From a virus (Duplodnaviria > Caudoviricetes), in IMG/VR virus record IMGVR_UViG_3300031749_000016, positions 1-38,484 of that record: a stretch of 38,484 bases of DNA; one strand, written 5' to 3'. Both the position numbers and the translations under genes were made by a program. Shown piece by piece: positions 1 through 10,400 of the stretch. Below the pieces are notes generated by a model that had not been told where the DNA came from, made no database searches, and saw nothing but the letters and a program-made list of their open reading frames with translations. Every line of letters starts with the position of its first letter. Position 1 is the first letter of the stretch.

Positions 1-158
1 AATGGTATAAAGGAACACCATTTCTTTATCTATATGCGGGTGGAGCAATATTGATTGAAATTTTTTCTGATACTTTTAGAAAAATATCAATTCAATTCGA
101 AATATTTTCTGATACTAAAAGAAAAATATTTACATTAGAAGAGATTTATTCTGATATT
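1..158. repeat. Terminal direct repeat/assembly overlap, left copy
   Basis: Identical to 38327-38484 except C109 vs T38435. Confidence 0.97.
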
Positions 159-1145
159 AAGAGAGTAATTAACAAGTTTGTAGAAGTTTTATCTGATTTA
201 AAAAGAATCATAATAAAACAAATTCAAGTTTTTTCTGATGTAAAAAGGCACATTAACAAAATCATTATTTTTTATTCTGATACACTAAGAAACATAAGAA
301 AAACAACTGAAATTCTAAATGATACTTTCAGAAAAATTAATTTGGTAAATATTGTTTACTCCGATACTAAAAGGACAATCACCAGATTAGCAGAAATTTT
401 TTCAGATACAAAAAGAAAAATATCTAAATCAATGGAAATATTTTCTGATACCCTTAGAAAAATCAATATAGTTGGAATCATTTATTCTGATAGTAAAAGA
501 ATAATTTATCATATAGCAGAGGTTTTCTCAGATACAAAGAGAACAATATCAAAACAAATTCAGATTCTTTCTGATGCTTTAAGAAAAATTGGGAAAACTT
601 TAACTATTTACTCCGATGTTTTAAGAAAAATAAATATATTAGATGTAGTTTATTCAGATACGAAGAGAATTGTAATAACTTTAGTAAGTGTTTTTTCTGA
701 TACGAAAAGGAGAATATTTAAAACAATAGAAGTATTTTTTGATACTTTAAGGAAAATAAATATATTAGAAATCATCTATTCAGATACTAGAAGAATTTTA
801 AGAAAATTACAAGAAGTATTTTCTGACACCAAAAGAACTATAATTAAACAAATAGAAGTTTTCTCAGATACTCTAAGAAAAATATCTAATGTAATGGAAG
901 TATTATCAGATACTTTAAGAAAAATTAGTTTTAGAGATATCATCTTTTCGGATACTAAAAAAGTAGTATACAAAATAGAAACTATCTATGCCGACACCAA
1001 AAGGAAAATAGCAAAAATATTAGAAGTTCTAAGCGATACTTTAAGAGCATTCTATGTGTCTGGAAAATTGTTTCTTTTAAAATTGAACAAATATTTAAAA
1101 TTAACAGGTAGATATAAACCTTTTAAATGGAGGTATAAGAAATGA
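51..1145 (+). CDS. 14-aa SDTxR repeat protein, probable fibre/appendage (3' part; true start at 38260 across the junction, about 403 aa)
   Basis: 24 uninterrupted 14-aa repeats xE(I/V)(F/Y)SDT(K/L)R(K/I)I; frame is open back through the junction to ATG 38260. Confidence 0.8.
   Translation: MIEIFSDTFRKISIQFEIFSDTKRKIFTLEEIYSDIKRVINKFVEVLSDLKRIIIKQIQVFSDVKRHINKIIIFYSDTLRNIRKTTEILNDTFRKINLVNIVYSDTKRTITRLAEIFSDTKRKISKSMEIFSDTLRKINIVGIIYSDSKRIIYHIAEVFSDTKRTISKQIQILSDALRKIGKTLTIYSDVLRKINILDVVYSDTKRIVITLVSVFSDTKRRIFKTIEVFFDTLRKINILEIIYSDTRRILRKLQEVFSDTKRTIIKQIEVFSDTLRKISNVMEVLSDTLRKISFRDIIFSDTKKVVYKIETIYADTKRKIAKILEVLSDTLRAFYVSGKLFLLKLNKYLKLTGRYKPFKWRYKK
54..1061 (+). repeat. Coding tandem repeat, 24 x 42 bp, degenerate
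   Basis: Recurring TTTTCTGATAC(T)AAAAGA-like core at a 42-bp period, in frame. Confidence 0.9.
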
Positions 1146-1405
1146 TAGAAGTGAAAAAAAGCGATAAAGTTTCTTTAATATTTGAACCGAACATAGCACT
1201 CAGCAATCCAACTATAACTTATGAAATAAAAGATTTAGGTGGTAAAATAATAATCAATGGAAATGGTCTATTCGAAAATGGAGAGATAAAAACTGAAATT
1301 ATTGATTTTTCTAACATAGATGAAGGTTATTATGAGGTCCAAATATATTGTAGCGAGGGATTGGAAACTAAAACTATTTATGAATTTTTGAAAGTGGAAC
1401 AATGA
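1142..1405 (+). CDS. Small beta-rich (Ig/BppU-like) structural protein
   Basis: ATGA overlap with the upstream gene; beta-strand pattern with EGYYEVQI. Confidence 0.45.
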   Translation: MIEVKKSDKVSLIFEPNIALSNPTITYEIKDLGGKIIINGNGLFENGEIKTEIIDFSNIDEGYYEVQIYCSEGLETKTIYEFLKVEQ

Positions 1406-1902
1406 GAAAGAAAAAAGTCAACAGAGATGAAGTTATTGAATTTGCAAGAGAACTTTATCTAACGCCTAATGAAAAAGGATTGCACTATTATTCCCTTCAA
1501 CAGATAGCAGATGAGATTCAACAGAAGTTCAACATCAAGTATACAAGATACAATATTTTTAAGTGGGCTAAGAAATTTAACTGGGATTCTCTCTGGGAAG
1601 AAGCAGTCAAAACAGGAATAACCATTGCAATACAAAAAAAGATAGAAAAGGATAGATCAATCACAGAACAATACAAAGACGCAATCCTCGAAAACAAAAA
1701 AAGGGATGTCGAAATAACGAATGATTTGAAAAATCTTGCTTACGAATTTATAAAAAGCAAAGGTTTCACATCAGTAAGCGAAGCTTTGAAGGCAATTGAA
1801 CTCGCATTAAAATATAGTGGAGAATTCAAAGACGAAGATATTGGTAAAATAACAAGAATTATTTACGAGGTAGTGGATGGAAAAAACAATTCAATTGAGT
1901 AG
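1402..1902 (+). CDS. terS: Terminase small subunit
   Basis: N-terminal HTH (SLQQIADEI...IFKWAKKFNW); directly upstream of and overlapping terL. Confidence 0.75.
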   Translation: MRKKKVNRDEVIEFARELYLTPNEKGLHYYSLQQIADEIQQKFNIKYTRYNIFKWAKKFNWDSLWEEAVKTGITIAIQKKIEKDRSITEQYKDAILENKKRDVEITNDLKNLAYEFIKSKGFTSVSEALKAIELALKYSGEFKDEDIGKITRIIYEVVDGKNNSIE

Positions 1903-3154
1903 ACCTCAGATGGAAGTAATAAGGTCTAATAAAACTATAACGGCATTTATTGGAGGAACAGGTTGCGGTAAAACTTTTATTGGCAGTTTATGGTCCATCA
2001 AAATGCTTAATGAAGGTTCAGGAATGATAGTTACTCCTTCATATCCTATGCTGATAAGATCAACTCTTCCAACATTTCTTAAAAATATAAAAGATACCAT
2101 ACTAAGCGGAATTTATTTAGAGCAAAAAAAGATTTATGAATCAAGAAATGGAAATGTCATTTACTGGGGTAGTGCTGATAATCCTTTAAGTTTAGATGGA
2201 CCTCATTTAGATTGGGCTTGGATAGACGAAGCAGGATTAACAAATATCACTACATTTGATGTAGTGTTATCAAGAATTGCGATGAAAAATGGAAGATTAT
2301 TGATCACAACAACTCCAAATCTAATAAAAACAAGAAATTGGATATTTACCGAACTTTATGAAAAAAGAGATCAAGAATATCTTAAATATATCCACTCAAT
2401 TAGTATTGACAATCCTTTTTATTCAAAAGAAAAATTTGACCTTTTGAAAAAGATATTGGATGAAAGAACTTTTGCAGTTAGACATTTGGCGCAATTTATA
2501 AGAAGTAGTGCATTAGTTTACTATGAACTATTGGACAAGATATTCATTGACCCTTTTGTTTTGGACAATACTTGGGATAGATATGTAGTTATAGACCCAG
2601 GAGTTATTTATGGCATTTTATTCATAGCGAAAAAGGATGAAAAAATAGTTGTATACAACGAATACAAAACTAAAGGAGACAAAGTTTACACTGCTAATGA
2701 AATAGCGAACATTATTCTAAACATTGAAAAAAATATAAAACTTATTATTCACGACCCTGCAAGAATATTGGATGCTGTAAATTTAAAAAAAGAATTGAAA
2801 GATATGGGATATGATGTAAATTTTTATGCTCCTGAAATTAGAGATGTAAGAGAAGGAATAGAAAAAGTTATTGAACTAGGCAAAACAAATACTCTCAAAG
2901 TTTTTAATAATTTGAGAAGATTAAAGGATGAATTTGAAAGTTATCATAGACCAATTGATGAAACAACAGGACAAATTTTAGACGAAAAGCCTGTAAAGGA
3001 AAATGATGATCTTTTAGATTGCTTAAGATATGGTATAATTTTCTTATGTAAGAAAACAATTTTTGCTTCTGCTGTTATAGCTGAAAATCAAAAAATATTA
3101 AGAGGAAGCGAAGGCTTGAAAAACTTTATAAATAGGAGAAAATATGGACAATAA
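1877..3154 (+). CDS. terL: Terminase large subunit
   Basis: Walker A GGTGCGKT, Walker B AWIDEA, coupling motif TTTP, nuclease acidic residues VIDPG and DDLLDCLRY. Confidence 0.95.
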   Translation: MEKTIQLSRPQMEVIRSNKTITAFIGGTGCGKTFIGSLWSIKMLNEGSGMIVTPSYPMLIRSTLPTFLKNIKDTILSGIYLEQKKIYESRNGNVIYWGSADNPLSLDGPHLDWAWIDEAGLTNITTFDVVLSRIAMKNGRLLITTTPNLIKTRNWIFTELYEKRDQEYLKYIHSISIDNPFYSKEKFDLLKKILDERTFAVRHLAQFIRSSALVYYELLDKIFIDPFVLDNTWDRYVVIDPGVIYGILFIAKKDEKIVVYNEYKTKGDKVYTANEIANIILNIEKNIKLIIHDPARILDAVNLKKELKDMGYDVNFYAPEIRDVREGIEKVIELGKTNTLKVFNNLRRLKDEFESYHRPIDETTGQILDEKPVKENDDLLDCLRYGIIFLCKKTIFASAVIAENQKILRGSEGLKNFINRRKYGQ

Positions 3155-4478
3155 TTTAGATGATAGAACTTTTAGAAGATTAACAACAAGTCAAAGGGAT
3201 CTTCCTAGTTATCAATTTGATAGACAAGCAAGAATAGTTTACTATTTATGGCAAAACAATGCGATGGCAAGCAGAATAATTGAATTGATGGTTGATTTCA
3301 TAATGGGAGATGGGATAACTTGGTCTGTACCTTGTAAAAAATTAGATGACATTTTATGGGAGTTTTGGAGTGATCCAGACAATGATTTTGAACTTTTTCA
3401 ATATTCAATGGTTGAGGAACTTTTTTTGTATGGAGAATTCATTTTACCTTTAATGGTCTTAGAACCATCTGGAAAAGTCAAAACAGGATACATAGATCCA
3501 ATAAATGTTATTGAAGTTGTTAAGAATCCTTTCAATTCGAGAATAGCAGAAGAACTTAGAATAAAGGTAGAAAATGAAAGCGGTATTCCTGAAGAAAAGG
3601 TTGTAAAAGTTATTAAAAGAGATAAAGATGTTCTAAGCAAAACATTCGGGAAACTAATAGGAGATGTAATGCTTTTTCAAATTAACAAAGTATCAAATGC
3701 AAGCAGGGGTATAAGTGAATTATATAGACTTGCCGATTGGATAGATGGTTTGGATAATTCATTGTTTTCAAGTTTGGAAAGAATATATCATCTAATGTCC
3801 TATATCTGGGATGTAACGATTAAAGATGTTTACGATAAAAAACAGCTTGAAGAGATAAAACAGGAGATTTTAAAAGAACCATTTACACCAAGTTCAATTC
3901 ATATCCATTCAGATAAACAAACAATCAATACCCTTTCTCCAGATTTAAAGTCAGAACAAATAACAAATTATGTTGAACTGCTTAGAAACTTTGTTTTAGG
4001 TGGAGCAGGAATACCAACTTCCTGGTATGGAGAGGGAGATATAACAAGAGCAACAGCACAAGAACAAGGAACGCCGGTATTAAGAAAGTTGAGAAGAAAA
4101 CAGAAGTATGTTAAAAAAATATTTGAAAAAATATTTGAATTTGTAAAAGAAAAGGCAATTGATTATAAAAGAATTGAAAAAGGAAAAGATTATCAAAACG
4201 AGGATGAATTGAATATAGAAGTTGTTATGTCAGAAATAGCAGGAAAAGATATTGTAAGTTTAATTAATTCAATGGATGGGATTGTGAAAGTTTTAGTAAT
4301 GGCTGAAAATCAAGAGTGGATTAGTAAGGATAGAGCAAGAGAGATTTACAACCAATTTATGAAAAGAATTTTAGATATAGACATTGAACCAGAAAATGAA
4401 ATAGAGGATAAACTCGCTGAAGCAGAGAATAAAAAAATATTAGAGTACTATGAAAGAATTAAACATAAGGAACCTTAA
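3144..4478 (+). CDS. Portal protein
   Basis: 444 aa after terL; LFLYGE, RGISEL and GIPxxWYG-type motifs. Confidence 0.88.
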   Translation: MDNNLDDRTFRRLTTSQRDLPSYQFDRQARIVYYLWQNNAMASRIIELMVDFIMGDGITWSVPCKKLDDILWEFWSDPDNDFELFQYSMVEELFLYGEFILPLMVLEPSGKVKTGYIDPINVIEVVKNPFNSRIAEELRIKVENESGIPEEKVVKVIKRDKDVLSKTFGKLIGDVMLFQINKVSNASRGISELYRLADWIDGLDNSLFSSLERIYHLMSYIWDVTIKDVYDKKQLEEIKQEILKEPFTPSSIHIHSDKQTINTLSPDLKSEQITNYVELLRNFVLGGAGIPTSWYGEGDITRATAQEQGTPVLRKLRRKQKYVKKIFEKIFEFVKEKAIDYKRIEKGKDYQNEDELNIEVVMSEIAGKDIVSLINSMDGIVKVLVMAENQEWISKDRAREIYNQFMKRILDIDIEPENEIEDKLAEAENKKILEYYERIKHKEP

Positions 4479-5961
4479 AGGATACAAAGATGCTTCATCA
4501 AGATTTATTAAAGCACTATCATCCAATATAAAACAAATGAGCGATTATGTGAACAACTTATTAACTAGTCTTCCATCAGATAAATTTAATGTTTTCTACT
4601 ATACTCAAATTAAAAATCAACTTGATGAATATTCTAAAATATTAGGTGATAAAATAGAAAAAGATTATGAAGAAACTTTGAATCAACTTCAAACTGCAGC
4701 TATGGATAAATTAGGTAAAAACATTGATACTGCAGGAATCAAAGGATATATGACTCCATTTTTATCTCCAGAGATGATAAAAGAATTTTCAAGTATATCA
4801 GCAGAGTATGTGAAAAATATTCCTAACGAAATACAAAATGAAATTGAAAAAACATTGCGAATATCAGCATTATCAGGCGACACGGTTTTTGATATTCAAA
4901 AAAAACTTGGTGGAAAACTTGAAGGCTATAAAGGAGTATTCAAAACAGGAGAAAACAGAGCAAAAGCAATAGCAATGAATGAATTGTCAAGGGCTTATTC
5001 AAATATGGATTGGCAACAAATTCAGGAATTAGGCAGTAGATTAGAAGGTGTCGCACAAGTATATAAGGTCTGGCATTCAAACAAAGACGAAAGAGTTAGA
5101 CCAGCACATTTAGAAGCAGATGGGCAGGAAGTATTGTGGAATGAACCTTTCATAGTGAATGGAGAAGAATTGATGTATCCAATGGATCCAAATGGAAGTC
5201 CTGGAAACACAATAAATTGTAGATGTTGGATGACTGTAAAAATTGTCCCGATTGAGGAAGAAAAAGATTCATTCATTGATAAAATGAGCGATGAAGAGAT
5301 AATCACTTCTTTTATGAAAATGGATTTATTCGATTTACTTGATAATTCATACAGAGCCTACCAAAATGACATTATATTCAAAGATCTTCCTAGTAGTTTA
5401 AAATCAATATTTTTCAATCTAAAAACAGAATATCCAAAATTCTTAAGAAAATGTTTGAAAGGGTCAGGTTTTGAAGATGCAAAAGAAGTTAAGTCCTTTT
5501 TGAAAATACTATATCGAACAAGTATGGAAAATGAAAGTGCAAGTAGTTATGGTGATCGGGCTTTTGAAAAATACTTTGATAGTAATACGGATCTTATTAA
5601 AAAACTTAAAAATTTCACCTGGAATGCACTCAAAGAATTAGGTTTGGTACAAAATGAAAAAATTACATTGTATAGAGGAGTAAACAAAGGTGCTTTATAT
5701 GAATCAGGACCGGAAGGAGAAGAACAACTTAAAGCTGAATATACACCATGCAATAAATATTTTGAAAGTTGGAGTATAAGTAAAAAAGTTGCCTCAACTT
5801 ATAGCAGTGGTTACATACTAACAAAACAATTCACCAAAGATGAGATATTGTTAGTCCCTGATTTTGTATCATTTGCGAGCTTTTACAATCAAGAAATAGT
5901 GATTTCAGCAAAAACTATGAAGATAAAAGGGCTAAAAGGTGATATGTTTCATTTAGAATAG
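4450..5961 (+). CDS. MuF/SPP1 gp7-like minor head protein with C-terminal ADP-ribosyltransferase-like domain
   Basis: MuF motifs KVWHS..DERVRPAH..DGQ, YPMDP, INCRC; C-terminal LYRG / ESWS / QEIV triad. Confidence 0.8.
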   Translation: MKELNIRNLKGYKDASSRFIKALSSNIKQMSDYVNNLLTSLPSDKFNVFYYTQIKNQLDEYSKILGDKIEKDYEETLNQLQTAAMDKLGKNIDTAGIKGYMTPFLSPEMIKEFSSISAEYVKNIPNEIQNEIEKTLRISALSGDTVFDIQKKLGGKLEGYKGVFKTGENRAKAIAMNELSRAYSNMDWQQIQELGSRLEGVAQVYKVWHSNKDERVRPAHLEADGQEVLWNEPFIVNGEELMYPMDPNGSPGNTINCRCWMTVKIVPIEEEKDSFIDKMSDEEIITSFMKMDLFDLLDNSYRAYQNDIIFKDLPSSLKSIFFNLKTEYPKFLRKCLKGSGFEDAKEVKSFLKILYRTSMENESASSYGDRAFEKYFDSNTDLIKKLKNFTWNALKELGLVQNEKITLYRGVNKGALYESGPEGEEQLKAEYTPCNKYFESWSISKKVASTYSSGYILTKQFTKDEILLVPDFVSFASFYNQEIVISAKTMKIKGLKGDMFHLE

Positions 5962-5970
5962 GAGGTGAAA

Positions 5971-6207
5971 ATGATTAAGTATAAAAATCTTTTTGGAGAG
6001 TATGAATTCAATGAAAAAACAAAGGAATTAATATTTAGACCAAATTATATGAAGAGAGTTTTTAAATACAAAGGACTTGATGATCTTGTTGAAGGAAAAG
6101 GAAACAATTTGAAATACGATTATCAAATAGTAAGCAAAGCAAGATATGGTTTAGGCGAAATCTATAAAAAGTATAAATTTAATATGGAGGAGTTAAGAAA
6201 TGTATAA
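5971..6207 (+). CDS. Hypothetical protein (possible immunity partner of the MuF toxin)
   Basis: AGGAGG RBS before ATG 5971; lies directly after the toxin-like domain. Confidence 0.5.
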   Translation: MIKYKNLFGEYEFNEKTKELIFRPNYMKRVFKYKGLDDLVEGKGNNLKYDYQIVSKARYGLGEIYKKYKFNMEELRNV

Positions 6208-6538
6208 AAAGATTCATTTAATAACAGACCTTATGGAAGCGGTTGGAGATACACCTTTATATTCTTCCAAATTTGGACTTCCTACTGCTTGCAAAGATCA
6301 TACTTGGCAAACTATAGTATCAGCAAGCGAAGGAAAAGAACCTACTGCATTATCAATAAAATTGGAAGGAAGCATAGATGGTGTAAATTGGTTTACTTTG
6401 GATTCAACAACTAACACATCAGGTGAAACAAAATACATAACAGGTAAAGTTGTAGATTTTATAAGATGTAAAGTTGAAACTTCAACTTTACCTTCAGGTT
6501 CTGATGCTGTTGTGAATGTTTGGTATATAGGAAAATAA
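6200..6538 (+). CDS. Small beta-sandwich protein, probably virion-associated
   Basis: GGAGG RBS; KLEGSIDGVNWFTL...FIRCKV jelly-roll-like pattern. Confidence 0.5.
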   Translation: MYKKIHLITDLMEAVGDTPLYSSKFGLPTACKDHTWQTIVSASEGKEPTALSIKLEGSIDGVNWFTLDSTTNTSGETKYITGKVVDFIRCKVETSTLPSGSDAVVNVWYIGK

Positions 6539-6540
6539 AA

Positions 6541-6711
6541 ATGTCAAATGAATATATTTATCAACACACTTTTGCAGAACCAAATGATTTTTCAACCACT
6601 TTTTTTGATAAGAATTACGATAACACTTTTTTATATGAAAAAATTATTGATAAAATAAATGTGATAATAGAAGAACTTGAAGAACTTAAAAAACTAATAA
6701 ATAGTTTTTAA
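6541..6711 (+). CDS. Hypothetical protein
   Basis: ATG 2 bp after the upstream stop; C-terminal coiled coil. Confidence 0.5.
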   Translation: MSNEYIYQHTFAEPNDFSTTFFDKNYDNTFLYEKIIDKINVIIEELEELKKLINSF

Positions 6712-6723
6712 AGGAGGAAAATT

Positions 6724-6903
6724 ATGACTAAAAAGAAAAAAGAAGAAAAGGAAGAAATTAAAGAGATTAAACCTGTTGAGGCAGATAAATTAGATTTGAA
6801 CACCATAACATTTATAACTAAAAGAAGAATTGACCATAACCATACAGAAATTGTTTACCATTTCAAAGATGGAACATCAAGTAGTAAAATTATAAATAAA
6901 TAA
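6724..6903 (+). CDS. Hypothetical 59-aa protein (not in ORF track)
   Basis: AAGGAGG RBS, ATG 6724, MTKKKKEEKEEIKE...KIINK, TAA 6901-6903. Confidence 0.7.
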   Translation: MTKKKKEEKEEIKEIKPVEADKLDLNTITFITKRRIDHNHTEIVYHFKDGTSSSKIINK

Positions 6904-6925
6904 CTAAAAGAAAGGAGGTGCTCTT

Positions 6926-7438
6926 TTGAAAAAATTTTTCAATGTAAAAACTATTGCTCTATGCGGTGTTATTGCAGGTCTTAACATTGTTCTTACTTTA
7001 TTTTTTCAACCAATTGCTTATGGTCCACTACAATTTAGATTAGGAGAAATAACTGCTTGTTTTGGTATCTATGGAATTCCATACATACTAGCAGGCATAT
7101 TAAGTGGAATACTAGTAAATCTATTTAGTCCTTTCAATCTTCTATGGGAAGTAGTTATAGATACACCAATTTTTTTGATTGCACAAGTTGTTTTGTATAT
7201 TATTCTTAAAAAACTTTCTGCCAGAATTGATAAAAACAAACTTGCTTTATTATATTTACTTGGAGTTGTAATTTTGGTTGGTATTGTAGTTGGAAATATG
7301 CTTCATTTTACTATTGGATTACCTTTTGGCATAACATTTTTAGAAATAGTATTGAGTGAATCTCTTACGCTATTCCCCGGATATTTTTTGATTGTTAGAC
7401 CTGTTGCAAGGATTCTTAAACTAGAAATGTTTGCATGA
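6926..7438 (+). CDS. queT: QueT-family queuosine precursor transporter (ECF S-component type)
   Basis: Strong RBS plus TTG start; about 5 hydrophobic helices; signature PIAYGPLQFRLGE and G.L..NLFSPF. Confidence 0.82.
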   Translation: MKKFFNVKTIALCGVIAGLNIVLTLFFQPIAYGPLQFRLGEITACFGIYGIPYILAGILSGILVNLFSPFNLLWEVVIDTPIFLIAQVVLYIILKKLSARIDKNKLALLYLLGVVILVGIVVGNMLHFTIGLPFGITFLEIVLSESLTLFPGYFLIVRPVARILKLEMFA

Positions 7439-10400
7439 AAAAAAGGAGCTTGAGGGAGAGATTTATTATTTATCTTTCAGTCTCTCCCCCAATGGTCAAA
7501 AAATTATACAACGATTACAATCTAAAACATTTTCTTGTTTCATACAAATATCTTAAAAACCTAAGTAGTAGTAATCTAGAGTTTCTTGATTGGGTAAAAG
7601 AAAGACAAGTAAAGGATCCTCAATTTTATTTAATGATGGACAGCGGAGCTTTTAGTAATTTTGTTGCTGGTAAACAAGTAGTAAAAGATAGTGAATACAT
7701 AGATTTTATAAAGAAGTATGGTGATTGTTTTGATGAAGTTATAATGCTTGATAGACAGAAACCAAAGATAAATGAAGAAATATATGAATCATTGTATAAA
7801 GGTATTTCTTGGTATGTAGATCATACGGGAGGAAAACCAGAAAACTATCCAAAAACATTTAATCTGTGGAAAAAAGAAGAAAAAGTTGGTGTTGCTGGTG
7901 ATAGATCATCTGATTCCAATCCTATAACATATGTAAATATGATAACTAAAGGTAGGAAAACCAAAGAGAGTTTTGACATCAATACAATTGCAAAACTCAG
8001 AAAAATATCAAATGAATTAAAAACAAAAACTCATTATTTCGGCACAATCAATAATAAGATTTTAACAGGAGCACAACCACATTCAACGGATATTAGTTCA
8101 ACAGGGGCAGAAATTGGACAACTTATGTATCTAGTGAAAAACGACGAAGGACAATACATCAAAAAATGGATTCATTACAGGAATCCTGACCTTCCAAAAG
8201 AAGTCAAAGAAATGTTAAACAAATTATCTGAAAAAGAAGCTCCATCTACGGCAAGAAAAATATATAATTTCAAAGTTTTATCAAAACTCGAGGATTTGAT
8301 AAACAAAGGAAAATTCGCTTCTAAAATTGATTGGGATAATCTAAAAGAGGATGTTTTTGAATTTGAAGAAGATTATTACAAAGATTTAAAGGAAGGTATA
8401 GTTTTACCTGACCTACCTTACAAAACAATGTATCAAGTTGAGGGTCTTAAAAATAATATTAGAATAACATTTCTTGGCACAAAAGGAGAGATTGAAGAAG
8501 AAAACAACAATCATAAAAAAAACACATCTATACTAATAGAACATAAACATAAAAATATTTTGATTGATTTCGGATATTCTCATAAAGGAAAATTTTTTGA
8601 CATTGATCCAGATATTCTTTTTATAACTCACGCACATCCAGACCATATTGGTGGACTTCCTGAAACAATAGATATCCCTGTTGTTTTATCAGAGAAGACA
8701 CTAAAACTAATGAATAAATATAGATTTGAAGATCCTCATACGGAAGAAAGGGGTAGTTTTTTTGGTTGGTTAGAATACGAAATGATACCAGTGGAACATT
8801 CAATACTTGCTCCCGCTAATGGATACATTTTAAATGTCGATAACAAAAAAATAGGTATCTTCCCTGATTTTCTTAAAATCAAAGAATTAAGCAAACTAAA
8901 AGATTTGGATTTATTGATTGCTGATGGCAGTTCTATAAAACAAAACATTGAAAGAAAGTACAATATAGGTCATCAATCAATGCAAAATACATTAGATATG
9001 GCAAAGGATTTAAATATCAAAAAGGTAGTTTTTATTCATTTTGGAAAAGAAGTTGTTGAAAAAGGAAACGAGAATACACTGAAGGAATTATCAAGTAGTG
9101 TCCCTTTTATCTTAGCTAATGATGGAGATTCGCTTAAAATTGAAGAGAGTTTAGATTTCAAAACAGATCAAGACCTACAAGAGAGTTTTGAAGAAACCAA
9201 AAAAGAACTACTGAAAAGAGGTATTCTAAACCAAGATGTGAAAGCAATTACATATATACCTCATTTTGTTTGTTTAGTTGGTTCAAAAGCAAAAGGAATT
9301 GATGACGAAAATTCAGATTGGGATATAGTTATAAGAAAACAAAATAGAGATGAAAGTGTAGAATTATTGGTAAGAAATTACTTCGGAAAAGATAAAAACT
9401 ATCATTTCATTTATTCACCAACAGGACCTCACGGAGATTATATACCACTATTCGATTTGAAATTAATACCTAAACCATTTGAATTAATAAAAGTCGAAGA
9501 AGATTTTAAACCTATGAAACTTTATACACCACCAAAAATGGGTAGTGCCTATAGTTTTGAAGAGTTTTACGATATAAATGATTTATACGAGAATTGGGCT
9601 AAACCTTATCTTGATAGAGGAGAAACTTTATTCATAGAAACAAAAATCAATGGTTGGAGAACTACCATTCATAAACTTGGAAACGAAAAAGGTATGTTTT
9701 TTGAAGGCACAGAGAGGAATAGATTAGAATTTTTTCAAAAATTGAAAAAAATCATAGAAAACATTGATGATGACTTTATTTTGGACGGGGAATTAGTTGG
9801 TAGAAGAAAATCAAATAACGAAATTATACCAAGAAAAGATCTTGCACTTTTTAACTCAAATGAAAACATAGATTGCGATAGTTTTACGACAAGTGAGGGA
9901 GAGGAGGGATATATTGATGTTGTATTGTTTGATATCCCTTATTACAACAGGGATATTTCGGAATTACCACTGATAGAAAGAAAAAAATATCTTAAGAACT
10001 TTGATAAATACAAATATTTTTCAATAGTAAAATCAATTGAAGTAAAAGACAAAGAAAGTTTCTTAAAAGCGGTTAAAGAGGTATCAGAAGAACAAGGCAG
10101 TGAAGGAGCGGTTGTTAAAACAGCAAATTCAAAATATACGGAAGAAGAAATTCCTGATTGGGCTAAGTTTAAAAAAATATTAGAATTCAAAGTAAAAGTG
10201 ATCGATAAATTAGAAACAAAAGATAAAAATGCTTTCAATTACATTGTTAGTTATACAAAGGATGGAAAAGAATTGGAACTTTGCAAAACAATGAATACAA
10301 AAATTGATGCAAACAAAGGTGATATTTTAACATTAACTGCAGAAGAAATAATTATTAATGATGACCTAACCATTTCGGCTCAGATTCCGAGAGTTAGAGA

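Noticed and set aside
54-1061. CRISPR-like periodic repeat
   Set aside because: The 42-bp period is in frame, degenerate at synonymous positions, has no repeat/spacer structure, and there is no cas operon
6712-6925. preQ1 riboswitch upstream of queT
   Set aside because: Region is occupied by a 59-aa ORF and has no preQ1 stem or A-rich tail motif
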